Positions 26,897 to 36,300 of a DNA stretch of 64,000 nt are shown here, in pieces. The translations under genes were made by a program, and so were the position numbers. The DNA is from a virus (Duplodnaviria; Caudoviricetes). Below the pieces are notes generated by a model that was not told the origin of the DNA, ran no database searches, and saw only the letters and a program-made list of their open reading frames with translations. Within the stretch, counting starts at the first letter, position 1. Every line of letters starts with the position of its first letter. The stretch lies in the IMG/VR virus record IMGVR_UViG_3300033521_000004, positions 1,144 through 65,143 of that record; one strand, written 5' to 3'.

Positions 26897-27294
26897 GCTT
26901 CCAGCGGTGGAGCACCGTCGTGTGACACGCCGAAGTAATCCAATAGTGCTTCACGCGCGTCGGCTGCCGAACGACACACGGCCGTGCTCCATCCTTGAGC
27001 TGCGAAATTGGCGAGCCATTCCTTCTGTTCCGTGGTGGTCGAGCCGGTGGCCGATTTCATCTCGATCACGAGGCCTATTTGCTCGCCGCTGCGCACGGGC
27101 AGGATGAGGTCGGGAAACCCGGGCTTCGTGCCGAGTGCCTTCATCTGCCCGCCTGTGATTGCGTCACGCTTCCCGCCGTTGGGTGAGTGGTGCAGCCAGC
27201 GCAGTTGAGGGAGCACTGCTCGAACCGCAACCTTGTGCGTCCACTTGATGAGCCGAGCCTGTTCGCGTTCTTCGTTTCTTTGCATCCCGCGCAT
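26893..27294 (-). CDS. VRR-NUC domain nuclease / resolvase
   Basis: HHSPNGGKR...GTKPGFPDL...IEMKS..G..TTEQKEW, a PD-(D/E)XK pattern. Confidence 0.9.
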   Translation of the reverse strand: MRGMQRNEEREQARLIKWTHKVAVRAVLPQLRWLHHSPNGGKRDAITGGQMKALGTKPGFPDLILPVRSGEQIGLVIEMKSATGSTTTEQKEWLANFAAQGWSTAVCRSAADAREALLDYFGVSHDGAPPLEA

Positions 27295-27437
27295 TCTATA
27301 AAAACTAAACCTTGGGAGGCAATGGTGGGGCAAACCCGGGGGTCGAGGCCGGGTGGTCACCCGCAGCCGGCCAGTTCCAGCCGTGTTCCGGCGTGTTCCG
27401 GCGTGTTCCGAAGCCCGAAACCGGGATTCTCCAATGA

Positions 27438-27450
27438 AATCAATGGGTTA
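27438..27450 (+). promoter_or_regulatory. IHF site
   Basis: AATCAATGGGTTA matches WATCAANNNNTTR. Confidence 0.65.
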
Positions 27451-27584
27451 CGGCCATTGTTCCAGTGTTCCAATTGTTCCGGCATTTTTTTGCTTTTTTG
27501 GTCTGGACATGCGGAAGGGGGGGAGGGCCGGAACTCTGGAACAGAGAGGAAAAAAAGAAAAAAAATATATGAAATACATATATA

Positions 27585-27597
27585 TATCAATAACTTA
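27585..27597 (+). promoter_or_regulatory. IHF site
   Basis: TATCAATAACTTA matches WATCAANNNNTTR, with an A-tract upstream. Confidence 0.7.
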
Positions 27598-27719
27598 CGT
27601 CACATCGAACCTACCCGTTTGTGTTCCGGCTGACTTGGAACAATTCGGAACAATCGGAACCCAAGACCGGCCCGATAGGCAAAATCTATGCAAAGTTTGC
27701 ATGCGATGAAATTAAAGTG

Positions 27720-27748
27720 TTCCGCGGTCGGAACAATTGTTTTACACT
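27720..27748 (+). promoter_or_regulatory. Candidate early sigma70 promoter
   Basis: TTCCGC-N17-TACACT; the weak -35 overlaps the TGTTCC-N6-GGAACA inverted repeat. Confidence 0.4.
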
Positions 27749-27800
27749 GTGTTCGGGTTGATTTTTTCTCACGCAAACGAAGCACGAAAGGAAGTACGAA

Positions 27801-28235
27801 ATGAACGCAAAAAAACTGACAGTCAAGCAGCGTCTGGAGGCCGTCAAGTTGATGGGCAAATACGTTGCATGGGAATGCAACACGCGGCCGGTGCACGAAA
27901 TTACACACGAGCTGGATCGTCTGGATGATCGCCCAGTTGCATACGAGGCCATGCGCCTGATTGAGCAATACGTTGCCTCGGCCAAGTGGGAATACGCGCA
28001 CCTGAACGAGCAATTGAGCCTGATTGAGAAGAAGCACAGCGACAGCATGAACGGCGTGTTCGTGTACCTGCAAGACCCGATGGTCGATGAGGAGAACGTC
28101 TTGGTGAACGGGATGACCGAGTTTTCGATTGGGTTCTGGCCGGCTATGTGCGCGGCGCAGGCTTCGGCTGCGGGCATGCGTGCCGAGGACTTGGGGCTGG
28201 ATCTGAACAAGGCCGTGGGCCGGGTTGTGTACTAA
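27801..28235 (+). CDS. First early gene, hypothetical
   Basis: 144 aa; strong AAGGAAG RBS. Confidence 0.65.
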   Translation: MNAKKLTVKQRLEAVKLMGKYVAWECNTRPVHEITHELDRLDDRPVAYEAMRLIEQYVASAKWEYAHLNEQLSLIEKKHSDSMNGVFVYLQDPMVDEENVLVNGMTEFSIGFWPAMCAAQASAAGMRAEDLGLDLNKAVGRVVY

Positions 28236-28245
28236 GGGGGCCGGA

Positions 28246-30071
28246 ATGCTACTGACTCAAGCCCAAGCCGAAGCCGTGGTGAATGCCTTGGCCCAATTGA
28301 CCAACGCCGGGGCAACCCGGCTGGAAGTCCGGTTTCAGAACGACAAGAGCCGCTATGCGGTTGTGGCGGGCTGCGACAAGGTTTTCGTCAAGGAAACGAG
28401 CCGCTCGACCTTGATGACCGTCCAGCGCGAGGTTTTCACCATTGACGAATTTAACAAGGCCTACGGGCTGTAAGGAGAACGACATGACCAAGACAGAACA
28501 GAAAGCAATTGCCCGGGCTTCGGCCCAAGGCCGGGGGGCGCTGCTGCGCACATTGGCCCAGATTCACCGGGCCGGAACCAAGCGCACCCAGCGCGAGATT
28601 GACACCCAGATCAACGAAGCCCGGGCATGGGCCGAGTTTGTGATGGTCAACGGCGCTTTGCTTCACCAGTCGGAGGTTTGAGCCATGACCGCAAAACTAA
28701 TTGCCACACATCAAGACCTTCGCCGGGAGGTTTGGGCGCAGTTTGACCCGACGGCCGAGGTTTGGGAGTTGTTCGCCAGCAAGGAGTGCGACGACTATTT
28801 GGGCTGCGCCGACACGCTGACCGAGGCCAAGGCCGTGGCCCGGGAATGGTTTGAGGACTTGATGAGCCGCTGATGACAGCGACAAGCCTTCGGGGCTTGT
28901 CAGTGTCACCCGACGCTAAACCAACCGACCGACGAAAGGAAGTAAGTAATGAAAACGATCACGCCAGAACAAACCGCCGCACTGGTGGCCGCTTGGAAGA
29001 GCCGCGCAGCCGTGCAGGGCTACTCCAAGAAGAAGGAGAAAGACGCCCGGGCCGACTTTTTTGCCGGGGCTGCGTATGCCCTGTCAAATCAAGGGCTGGA
29101 GCTGCCCCCGTACATCCTGATCTGCATCCTGACCGGGAGGGAGCTGCCATGAGCTATTTGGAGCACGTTTGGCGCTGCAAGTGCGCCGGCATCAAGCCAC
29201 TGACCTATTGCCAGTACCTCAACGTCATCAACAACCGGAGCCAAGCATGACCATCGTTCTAAACACGCCCGTCCAGATTCAGGCTTACCGCGCGGCCGTC
29301 ATCAAGCACGCGCTCAAGATTTACGCCAACACCGGCATGCAAGTGAACCGGGCTTACACGCCCACGGCCATGCTCAAAGCTGCCGGCCAGCTCACCGGCA
29401 AGACCTACAAGCGCGGCCAGTACCTGCTTGCAGCCGATGATCTTCAATCCCTGCTGGAGGCCTGAACCATGACCAACAAACACACGCCCGGGCCGTGGAA
29501 GAGTGACATTGTCCAAGTCACAAGAGAATTTTTCAAAGGTGGCCGGCTGGTAGAGGGCATAACAACCGAGTCGGGCCAGATTGTTGCCATTACCGGCGAA
29601 GGTGATGCAGACGCCCGCCTGATTGCAGCAGCGCCGGATCTGCTGGCCGCGCTGCAACGCCTTGTATCGGGTTGCGATAACAACGCCGACGCTGATGGCA
29701 ATGTCGATATGGACATGGCAATGTTTGCGGAAGCCCGAGCCGCCATCGCCAAAGCAGGAGCCTGAGCCATGGACGAATACACCCAATTGGTTTCGGACTG
29801 CGCCCAGCAGGGCCGCAACCTTATGCAGATGATGGCCAACGCCGGGACTATTGAACCCTTGTACCTGTACTACCGGGCGAGCAATGGCAAGACCCCGGGC
29901 AAGCTGCTGCTGATCCGCGACAGCGTGCCGGTGCTCGAAGAGACTGGCCTCAAGCTGGCCACCGGCGAGGGGCTGCGCTCCAACGTGCCCTACGCGGGCT
30001 ACTTTCAATGGGTTTGGGAACGCGCCCGCCGCTGCCCCATCCTTTCTTATGAGGGATCCGACCATGCCTAG
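28246..30071 (+). CDS. Run of small early hypothetical genes: 28246-28473, 28484-28681, 28685-28873, 28949-29152, 29149-29250, 29247-29465, 29469-29765, 29769-30071
   Basis: Tightly packed with ATGA overlaps or RBSs; 29469 has the common HTPGPW...ARLIAAAPDLLAAL motif. Confidence 0.65.
28874..28908 (+). other. Intergenic hairpin with no U-tract
   Basis: TGACA-GC-GACAAGCC-TTCGG-GGCTTGTC-AG-TGTCA. Confidence 0.5.
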
Positions 30072-30818
30072 AAACCTTTTCATTCGCAACCTGCTGGAGA
30101 TGCACCACGGCAATTTGCAACACGCCCGCGACCGGCGTTTGGCCCGCCTGCACTGGCTTGACCAGATCAAGACCTTGGCCGAGGACGGCCAGATTGCCCT
30201 GTGCTCTTGGAGCCGCGACTGCGATATGTGCGAGGGCACAACGCGCACGGTAATGCCTGCCGATGCCAAGCTGATCGACGAGCGCATGGATCGTGACTAT
30301 GCAGGGGCCGAAGGGCCGATGAACCACTGGCTGCAACGGGTCAGCGCACCGTATGAGGGTTATTTCCGCGACCGTGCCTTGGAGGCATACGAGGACGGAC
30401 ACCCGCACGTCATTTACTTGGACTAGGAGTTGAGAATGCCTAAATTTTCCCTGCACATTCACTGCGATAACGCGGCCTTCGCTGATGCACAAGGCAACGT
30501 GACGCCCGAGAGCGCGGCCAACGAGCTGGCCGTGCTGCTGCGCGTAGTGGCGCTGCGCCTTGAGCGTGGCGACTACTACGACAAGTACCGCACCATCCAC
30601 GACACCAACGGCAACGACGTGGGCCGCTTTGCAATTAAGGAGGACTGACCATGGAAACCGGAGACATTCTGACCAAGGGCGAGGCCAGCGCGATAGATGG
30701 CCTCTACGAGGCTGCTGTGGACTTGGTCAACAAGTTGCGAACCATGTCACTGCACCCCAGCCACTACCAGCCGCTTGCGGAAGCAATCACGCGATTTGAA
30801 TTTGAGACAGAGGACTGA
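30064..30818 (+). CDS. Three small early genes: 30064-30426, 30436-30648, 30651-30818
   Basis: RBS-led ORFs; 30436 has the recurrent DNAAF...E.A..LR..A...IHDTNGNDVG motif. Confidence 0.6.
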
Positions 30819-30822
30819 AACC

Positions 30823-31410
30823 ATGACCAACCCCATTGAAACCAAAACCCTGCCGTCTGGCTTCCGTGTGGAAGTCATGCACGACGATGATGCAATGAAC
30901 CCGGCAAAGGACTGGGACATGCTGGCCAATATCGTTTTGCACGATCGCTGCCGCTACAACTTCGGGCACAAGCAGGCCAGCATGGATGAGCTGCGCTCCA
31001 TCCACGAGAACCCGGCGAATCTGGTGCTGCCCCTGTATATGTACGACCACTCTGGCATCACCATCAAGACCAGCCCCTTTAGCTGCCAGTGGGACAGCGG
31101 CCAAGTGGGCCTTGTGTATTGCACCCGGGCCGAGGCGCGGCGCGAGTTTGGCGACGACGAAGAGAAAGCCCTGAACTGCATGCGTGGCGATGTGCAGTCC
31201 GTGGACGACTACCTGACGGGCCGCGTCTATGGTTTCCAAGTGTTTGACCCAGACGGAGACATGGTCGATAGCTGCTGGGGATTCTTTGGCGATTCCGACT
31301 ACTGCATGGGCGAAGGCGTGGCCGCAGCCGAGCACCATGCCAAGGAGCGCGAAGAGGAAGCCACCGAGCGCGACTACTGGGCCAATCGTGGCGTGGAGAC
31401 AGTGGAATGA
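30823..31410 (+). CDS. Conserved mobile-element early protein
   Basis: LPLYMYDHSGITI...FSCQWDSGQVGLVY...DSCWGFFG; I recall this family from conjugative elements and phages. Confidence 0.6.
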   Translation: MTNPIETKTLPSGFRVEVMHDDDAMNPAKDWDMLANIVLHDRCRYNFGHKQASMDELRSIHENPANLVLPLYMYDHSGITIKTSPFSCQWDSGQVGLVYCTRAEARREFGDDEEKALNCMRGDVQSVDDYLTGRVYGFQVFDPDGDMVDSCWGFFGDSDYCMGEGVAAAEHHAKEREEEATERDYWANRGVETVE

Positions 31411-32135
31411 AAACCATCACGATTGACACCTACACGCCATGGGGCACCACCAGCGCGATATGCGTGGAGCTGCACTACCGTGGCAAGAAGCTGCACCAGA
31501 TCACGGCACACAAGGGCGACCGCGAGCGCCTGATGCAATTGGCCCGCAAGTGGGCCAAGAATCAAGGATTCACCCACGTCCATCTAATTGGGACACCCGG
31601 AAAGGAAATGCTGAAATGAAACTCGAATGGAAACAACTCTGGGACGCCATGGACGCCCGCCCCGATGACTGGATTGAAACGACAGAGGATATGTACTGGG
31701 AAATGCTGGAAGTTGTGCCACCCCGGGCGCAGCTCAGTGGCCGCTTCCTTGTGGGCGAGGCCAAGACCCACAACAACGAAGGCAAGGCCGTGTACGCATG
31801 TTTCAGGCAGGCGGGCACCCAGTTTTTTGCCAAGCACATGACCGTGAACGAATTTATGAAGGAGGTACGTTAAATGGACTGGATTGACGCAATTGTTGTG
31901 ACCCTTGCGGGGCTGTACGCCCTGTTCATGGCCTTATCTGAGACTTGGAGGTAACATGGCCAGCACTGGAAACGCATTCGACTGGAAGGGCAAGCCTTCC
32001 ATCTTCACCAAGACGCAGCAGCGGGGGGAAAGCCTCAAGCAGATCACCCAGAACGCGCTGCGCGAGAACGCCGACGCCAGTTTGGGCCACACGCCCAAGC
32101 CGCAACGCCGGCGCCGCAAGGTTGAAATCAAGTGA
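31407..32135 (+). CDS. Small early genes: 31407-31619, 31616-31873 (DUF1419-like), 31874-31954 (26-aa TM peptide), 31956-32135
   Basis: Coupled ORFs; YWEMLEVVPP...FLVGE motif in 31616. Confidence 0.55.
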
Positions 32136-32338
32136 AACCCTATCTGACCGTTACCGAAGTGGCCAAGCGTGAGGGTATCTCTACCCGGCGCTTGCGCCTT
32201 TTGTGTGAGCAGGGCCGCGTCTACTACGCCGAAAAGGTGGGCGGGCAGTGGCTTATCCAGCTCAACTATCGCCTTGACAAGCGGGACGTTACGGGCCGTC
32301 CCCCCAAGAAACGTCAGTCACCCCCAACCAAGAAATAG
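32132..32338 (+). CDS. HTH DNA-binding protein (HTH_17/MerR-like)
   Basis: YLTVTEVAKREGISTRRLRLLCEQGRV..AEKVGGQWLI. Confidence 0.75.
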   Translation: MKPYLTVTEVAKREGISTRRLRLLCEQGRVYYAEKVGGQWLIQLNYRLDKRDVTGRPPKKRQSPPTKK

Positions 32339-34740
32339 CAGTTTCCCCCGTAATTCAAGCCCTGCTTCACCCCGTCAACAATGGAAACCACGCCGGCCTC
32401 GCTGGCCGTTTCCATCAGCTCTTTGAACTCCCGGCTCTTCATGCTCATCAACTTGAGCAGCTTTCCATGGGGCAACCCGCCGGCTTCGCACACTGTTCCA
32501 TAGCGTTTGTCCCCTGCGTACTTCTTCGCGTTCTTGAGGAAGTTGATGGCCCTCTTAATGTCGCCGTCCGTCTGATTCGCAATGCGCTCGCGCTTCACGG
32601 CACGCACCAGCGCCATGTCGTAGTGCCTGACGTACTCGATGGCCCAGCGTAGGTGCTCGGCCTGCACTTCCCTTTGATTCGGGTCGGTGGCCTTGCAGAC
32701 GATCATGGCCAGCTTCATTGCCTTTTCCAGCGTGCGGCCGAGCAGCACGTCAAAGCCCTCTGTTTCGTGCGCTTCCTTGTGGTCGTTCAGCTCGCGCTCG
32801 AATGCCGTCATCAGGGCTACGCATGCCTCACTGAATGGCAGCTCAATGATGCTGGGGGGCATCTCGGCCGGGGCCACTGAGGCTAGATTGCCGTCCTTGA
32901 TCCCGGTCACATGGACTGCCTTGCACCAGTCAATGATGGCCGGGGGGGCATCGTCGCGCGGCACGAACCGCAGGAGCTGGCGCGGTTGCCGTGACTCCAC
33001 CACAATGCAGCGCCCTAAGAATCCGTCCTTGACCAAGTCGTCGGTCAGGTTCTCGTAAAACGTGGCCGGGGTTGTGGCCCCTAGCAACGTGATGCCCGGG
33101 TTGTGCACGATGCGCTCGACTTGGCTGGCCTGCCCTTTGGATAGGGTCATGGTCGAGTAGGTCGGTGGGCGCAGCACTCCATCAGTGCGGCCAAAGGCCT
33201 CGATGAGCTTGTCCAGCGCGGCTTCGGTGTTTGCCTGCCCTTTGGCCCGGGACATTTTCAGGAGCTTGCCCATCTCGTCAATGGTGGCCACATGGCATGG
33301 GGACTTGAGCAATGCCGAGTACACGGCACCCGCCGATGTGTAGCCGCTGCCGCCGATCAAGTGGGCCATATTCGCGTCGGTCAGCACCTTCTCTACGCAT
33401 GCCTGCGGGTGTTCCTTGCCCTCTGTGGACTTGGCCACCAGCACCAGATATAGAGAAGTCCAATTGCCATATTGACTTCGATAGGTTCTGCCCATCACCA
33501 CGGAGCAAAGCCCTATGGCTGCGGCCAATGCCAGCTCGTGCTGGGCTTTGGGGGCCGTGGCCACAATCCAGCGGGTGATGTCCCCCAAGATACCCGGCGG
33601 GTTGGCAATGAAAGCGGGTATTGCCCGGGCCGGCTCCACGCTGGTCGTGGGCGGGAGCTGCACCGGAGCTGGAGCTGCGGGCTTGGCCCACGGCAGCGGA
33701 ACGACGTTCCCTATGGTCTGTGTAACGACGGGCGCAGGCTCACCAGATGAGCCTCCCCCAAACAAGATCGGCTCCGGCTCATCTAGTTTGAGGCAGCTCC
33801 GCAATGACTCTGCGGCTTTGGCAAACGGCAGGCCATTGGCGTACATGACCAGATCAATCGGGGTGATGCCGTAGTTCCCGCCGAAGTCAAAGATGCCGCT
33901 GGGGTGAATGCCTACGTTCGGGTTCTTGGCTCCGCGCCAAGTGGCCACGGTACGGTAACCGTCGCGCTCGCGCTTGGAATACGGGATGATCTTGGGCACC
34001 CAGTCCTCAAGCTGGCGCAGCGCCTGCTCATTGAGGTCGTAGTAATACTGGGCACTGGTGCTGCGGTTGGTGTTGATCGGGCCGGCGTTGTCGGGCAGGG
34101 CCACGGTCTTGCGTTGGTACTTCTTGTCTTCGTCGGTCTGGTACGGGGCCAGCGTAGCCGCCACCTGATCGAAGAAATTGTCGGGCAGGACGGGCAGATC
34201 CTTGGGGTCGAAGTCTTCGAGCAGATCCTCGGTCAGGTAGTGATAGGTTGGGCCGTCTGGGTGCAGTGTCCCGGGCATAAGGGTCTGGCGCCCGTCGGAC
34301 AGAACATCGAGCACCCGAATGCCGTTGATGTTGAAGCTGCATGACCGCTCGCCGTTGTAGCGGAAGAATGCGGTGTACCCCTTGGCGCCCTTTTTCTTGA
34401 CCGGTGTGTATGGAATGAGCCGGTCAAGTGCGTCGGTGCCCTTTGTGTCGTAGTCCCGGTCAAGCCCTATGACGCCAGAGAGTTTGCCAGTCAGCAGCCC
34501 AATGCCAGCCCCGGGCCACTTGTCCCATGCCTCCAGCTCTATCGGGGTTGGCAGGCGCCGGAAGAAACGCTCCCAGTCGTGCATGCCCTTCCAGCCCTCG
34601 GCCTCCGACCACACGCCGGGGCGCTTGGTGCCCGGGGCGATGGGGATTACGCAGTAGCCGCGCTCGATGTAGGCATAGGATCGGCGTTCATAGGGCGATT
34701 GTGTCTTTTGGTCAATCTGTGGTGCTGAAACTGGCTGCAT
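32314..34740 (-). CDS. Bifunctional primase-polymerase fused to DUF3987-like helicase
   Basis: GYCVIPIAPGTKRPG, GIGLLTG...IGLDRD, TLMPGTLHPDG..Y; C-terminal STEGKE and IDEMGKLL, DGFLGRCIV. Confidence 0.85.
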   Translation of the reverse strand: MQPVSAPQIDQKTQSPYERRSYAYIERGYCVIPIAPGTKRPGVWSEAEGWKGMHDWERFFRRLPTPIELEAWDKWPGAGIGLLTGKLSGVIGLDRDYDTKGTDALDRLIPYTPVKKKGAKGYTAFFRYNGERSCSFNINGIRVLDVLSDGRQTLMPGTLHPDGPTYHYLTEDLLEDFDPKDLPVLPDNFFDQVAATLAPYQTDEDKKYQRKTVALPDNAGPINTNRSTSAQYYYDLNEQALRQLEDWVPKIIPYSKRERDGYRTVATWRGAKNPNVGIHPSGIFDFGGNYGITPIDLVMYANGLPFAKAAESLRSCLKLDEPEPILFGGGSSGEPAPVVTQTIGNVVPLPWAKPAAPAPVQLPPTTSVEPARAIPAFIANPPGILGDITRWIVATAPKAQHELALAAAIGLCSVVMGRTYRSQYGNWTSLYLVLVAKSTEGKEHPQACVEKVLTDANMAHLIGGSGYTSAGAVYSALLKSPCHVATIDEMGKLLKMSRAKGQANTEAALDKLIEAFGRTDGVLRPPTYSTMTLSKGQASQVERIVHNPGITLLGATTPATFYENLTDDLVKDGFLGRCIVVESRQPRQLLRFVPRDDAPPAIIDWCKAVHVTGIKDGNLASVAPAEMPPSIIELPFSEACVALMTAFERELNDHKEAHETEGFDVLLGRTLEKAMKLAMIVCKATDPNQREVQAEHLRWAIEYVRHYDMALVRAVKRERIANQTDGDIKRAINFLKNAKKYAGDKRYGTVCEAGGLPHGKLLKLMSMKSREFKELMETASEAGVVSIVDGVKQGLNYGGNCYFLVGGD

Positions 34741-34742
34741 AG

Positions 34743-35198
34743 CTATAACTCTGTTACCTCTGGTGCCCTGCTCATGATGCGATTGCGAGTCACCGCAATA
34801 AGCTGCTCGTAAGTTGATCTGGGCACGCTGCTGCGTTGCAGATCGTGATAGTCGAATAGGTCGCGCATGAGCGTCAGACCCGGCCCTGTAAGTCCCATCT
34901 TCCCGGTTCGCTCGAACCGTTCGGCTGCTGATACAAGTTCAAACTGCGCCGCCTTGCATACCGGCAGCACTTCTGGCCCTATGCCACGCATGCCCATCGT
35001 CTCGGCCAGATTGAGCATGTCGCCCAAGTCTTTCCACTCCCGCAGCGTGGCTTTACCGTGTGCAAAAGCGTCGATGGCAGACAACTCGCGCAGCCGTAGG
35101 CCGGCCAACATCTCGGGCGGTGTGATGCACGCGCCTTCGATCGCGTATGTGATCGGGTTGACCAAGGCGTACACCTTGCGTCGGGTCTTCTTTCTCAT
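34743..35198 (-). CDS. Hypothetical protein in the cro operon
   Basis: 151 aa, coupled between cro and primpol. Confidence 0.65.
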   Translation of the reverse strand: MRKKTRRKVYALVNPITYAIEGACITPPEMLAGLRLRELSAIDAFAHGKATLREWKDLGDMLNLAETMGMRGIGPEVLPVCKAAQFELVSAAERFERTGKMGLTGPGLTLMRDLFDYHDLQRSSVPRSTYEQLIAVTRNRIMSRAPEVTEL

Positions 35199-35431
35199 GC
35201 CTGCAAGGCAATAGCGTGGCCAGCCTTGACCATGTCAGGGCGCACGATTTCAAGCGGCAAACCGGCCAAAATGGCCACCTTGCGAGCGTGATCGGCTGGC
35301 ACGCGACGGCGCCACTTCGTTACTGACTGGACTGAAACGCCGCATGCGCGGGCGACTTCACCGGCCCCACCGGCAAGGGCAACAATGCCCGCGACGGTAA
35401 AGCCAAGCGGCTCTTGTGAGTTGATTTTCAT
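35195..35431 (-). CDS. cro: Cro-like HTH regulator
   Basis: AGGAGEVARACGVSVQSVTKWRRRVPADH...LEIVRPD; divergent from cI. Confidence 0.8.
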   Translation of the reverse strand: MKINSQEPLGFTVAGIVALAGGAGEVARACGVSVQSVTKWRRRVPADHARKVAILAGLPLEIVRPDMVKAGHAIALQA

Positions 35432-35464
35432 GTTGATTCAGGAGTTTGCAGTTGGGGGTTGAGA

Positions 35465-35515
35465 GTTTAGTTTATCTCACTGCCCATTGCCAACTAGATT
35501 GTTTAGTTTGTCTCA
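35465..35515. promoter_or_regulatory. Two operator-like 15-mers in the cro/cI gap
   Basis: GTTTAGTTTATCTCA (35465) and GTTTAGTTTGTCTCA (35501). Confidence 0.65.
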
Positions 35516-35558
35516 TGTAAATTTACGCCTTTCGCCCAACAGAGTGCAGGGAAGTCCA

Positions 35559-36176
35559 ATGTCCAAGATCCTTGCAGGCCGGCTCAAGGCAGCGCGTACC
35601 GCGTCACACCCGCCCATCCTCCAAAAGGATATTGCCAAGCGATTCAGGGTTACCCCGGGGGCCGTCTCCCTATGGGAATCTGGCACCACGGAGCCGAGCA
35701 CCGAAGTTCTGGCCGAGCTGGCCAAGCTCTACAAAGTGAGCGTGGATTATCTGGTCGGCATGACAGAAGGGCGCACGCTGGACGTGCAATTCAATACGCC
35801 GCTGCACACTGTCCCCCTCGTTCCAGCGCGGGCCTTGGCCAAGTGGCGCTTAGAGCTGGAAACTGGGCGTCTCCAGACGGAAGTTGCCTATGTGAAGGGG
35901 TCAGCAGCGGCCATGCTGGTTGCGTCTGACGCACTCACATCAACCTGCCCCTATGGCAGCTACGCGGTAGTCAGCAAGCTCCACAAGCCAGCCCCGGGGT
36001 GCGTGGTGCTGGCCGACACAGGCCGGGTAAGCGAGCCTGTGCTGCGGCGCTACATTGAAGAGGGAAGCGACCGCCTGCTTATGGCCGACGATGCCCGTTG
36101 GCCTACGCTAAAGCTCGTGCAATCCAAGATCGTTGGCTGCGTTGTCGAGGTCACGCTGCGCCGGCGCCTTATGTGA
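35559..36176 (+). CDS. cI: CI-like repressor, XRE HTH plus degenerate S24 domain
   Basis: LQKDIAKRFRVTPGAVSLWESGTTEPS...YKVSVDYL; the S24 region has SDAL and VLRRY where GDSM and TxKR are expected. Confidence 0.85.
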   Translation: MSKILAGRLKAARTASHPPILQKDIAKRFRVTPGAVSLWESGTTEPSTEVLAELAKLYKVSVDYLVGMTEGRTLDVQFNTPLHTVPLVPARALAKWRLELETGRLQTEVAYVKGSAAAMLVASDALTSTCPYGSYAVVSKLHKPAPGCVVLADTGRVSEPVLRRYIEEGSDRLLMADDARWPTLKLVQSKIVGCVVEVTLRRRLM

Positions 36177-36184
36177 CGCAGTTA

Positions 36185-36267
36185 TAACGATTTGATTCGT
36201 TAATTGAACTCTGTCGAACAAAATTGCACGAAAAAGTGCATGAGAAAAACTAAACCATAGTTATGAT
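36185..36267 (+). promoter_or_regulatory. Promoter region of the recombination/replication operon, with IHF site and third operator copy
   Basis: IHF match on the minus strand 36185-36197 (AATCAAATCGTTA); TGAGAAAAACTAAAC at 36241; TATGAT at 36262. Confidence 0.55.
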
Positions 36268-36300
36268 GGTGACCCCGCAACCGAAGTAAGGAACTTACGC

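Larger units (their letters stand above)
27370..27740. repeat. Putative replication origin: TGTTCC/GGAACA repeats around an AT-rich core
   Basis: CGTGTTCCG x3 at 10-bp period (27382, 27392, 27402); TGTTCC at 27458, 27466, 27475, 27622, 27718; GGAACA at 27538, 27637, 27647, 27730; A/TA-rich tract at 27550-27597. Confidence 0.7.

Noticed and set aside
27382-27480. CRISPR array or alphaproteobacterial LexA box (GTTC-N7-GTTC)
   Set aside because: Repeats are 6-10 bp with no unique spacers; the tandem 27382-27410 copies have N6 GTTC spacing.
28870-28950. Hammerhead ribozyme (CUGAUGA core)
   Set aside because: The required GAAA does not follow stem II at the proper position, and stems I and III cannot be formed.
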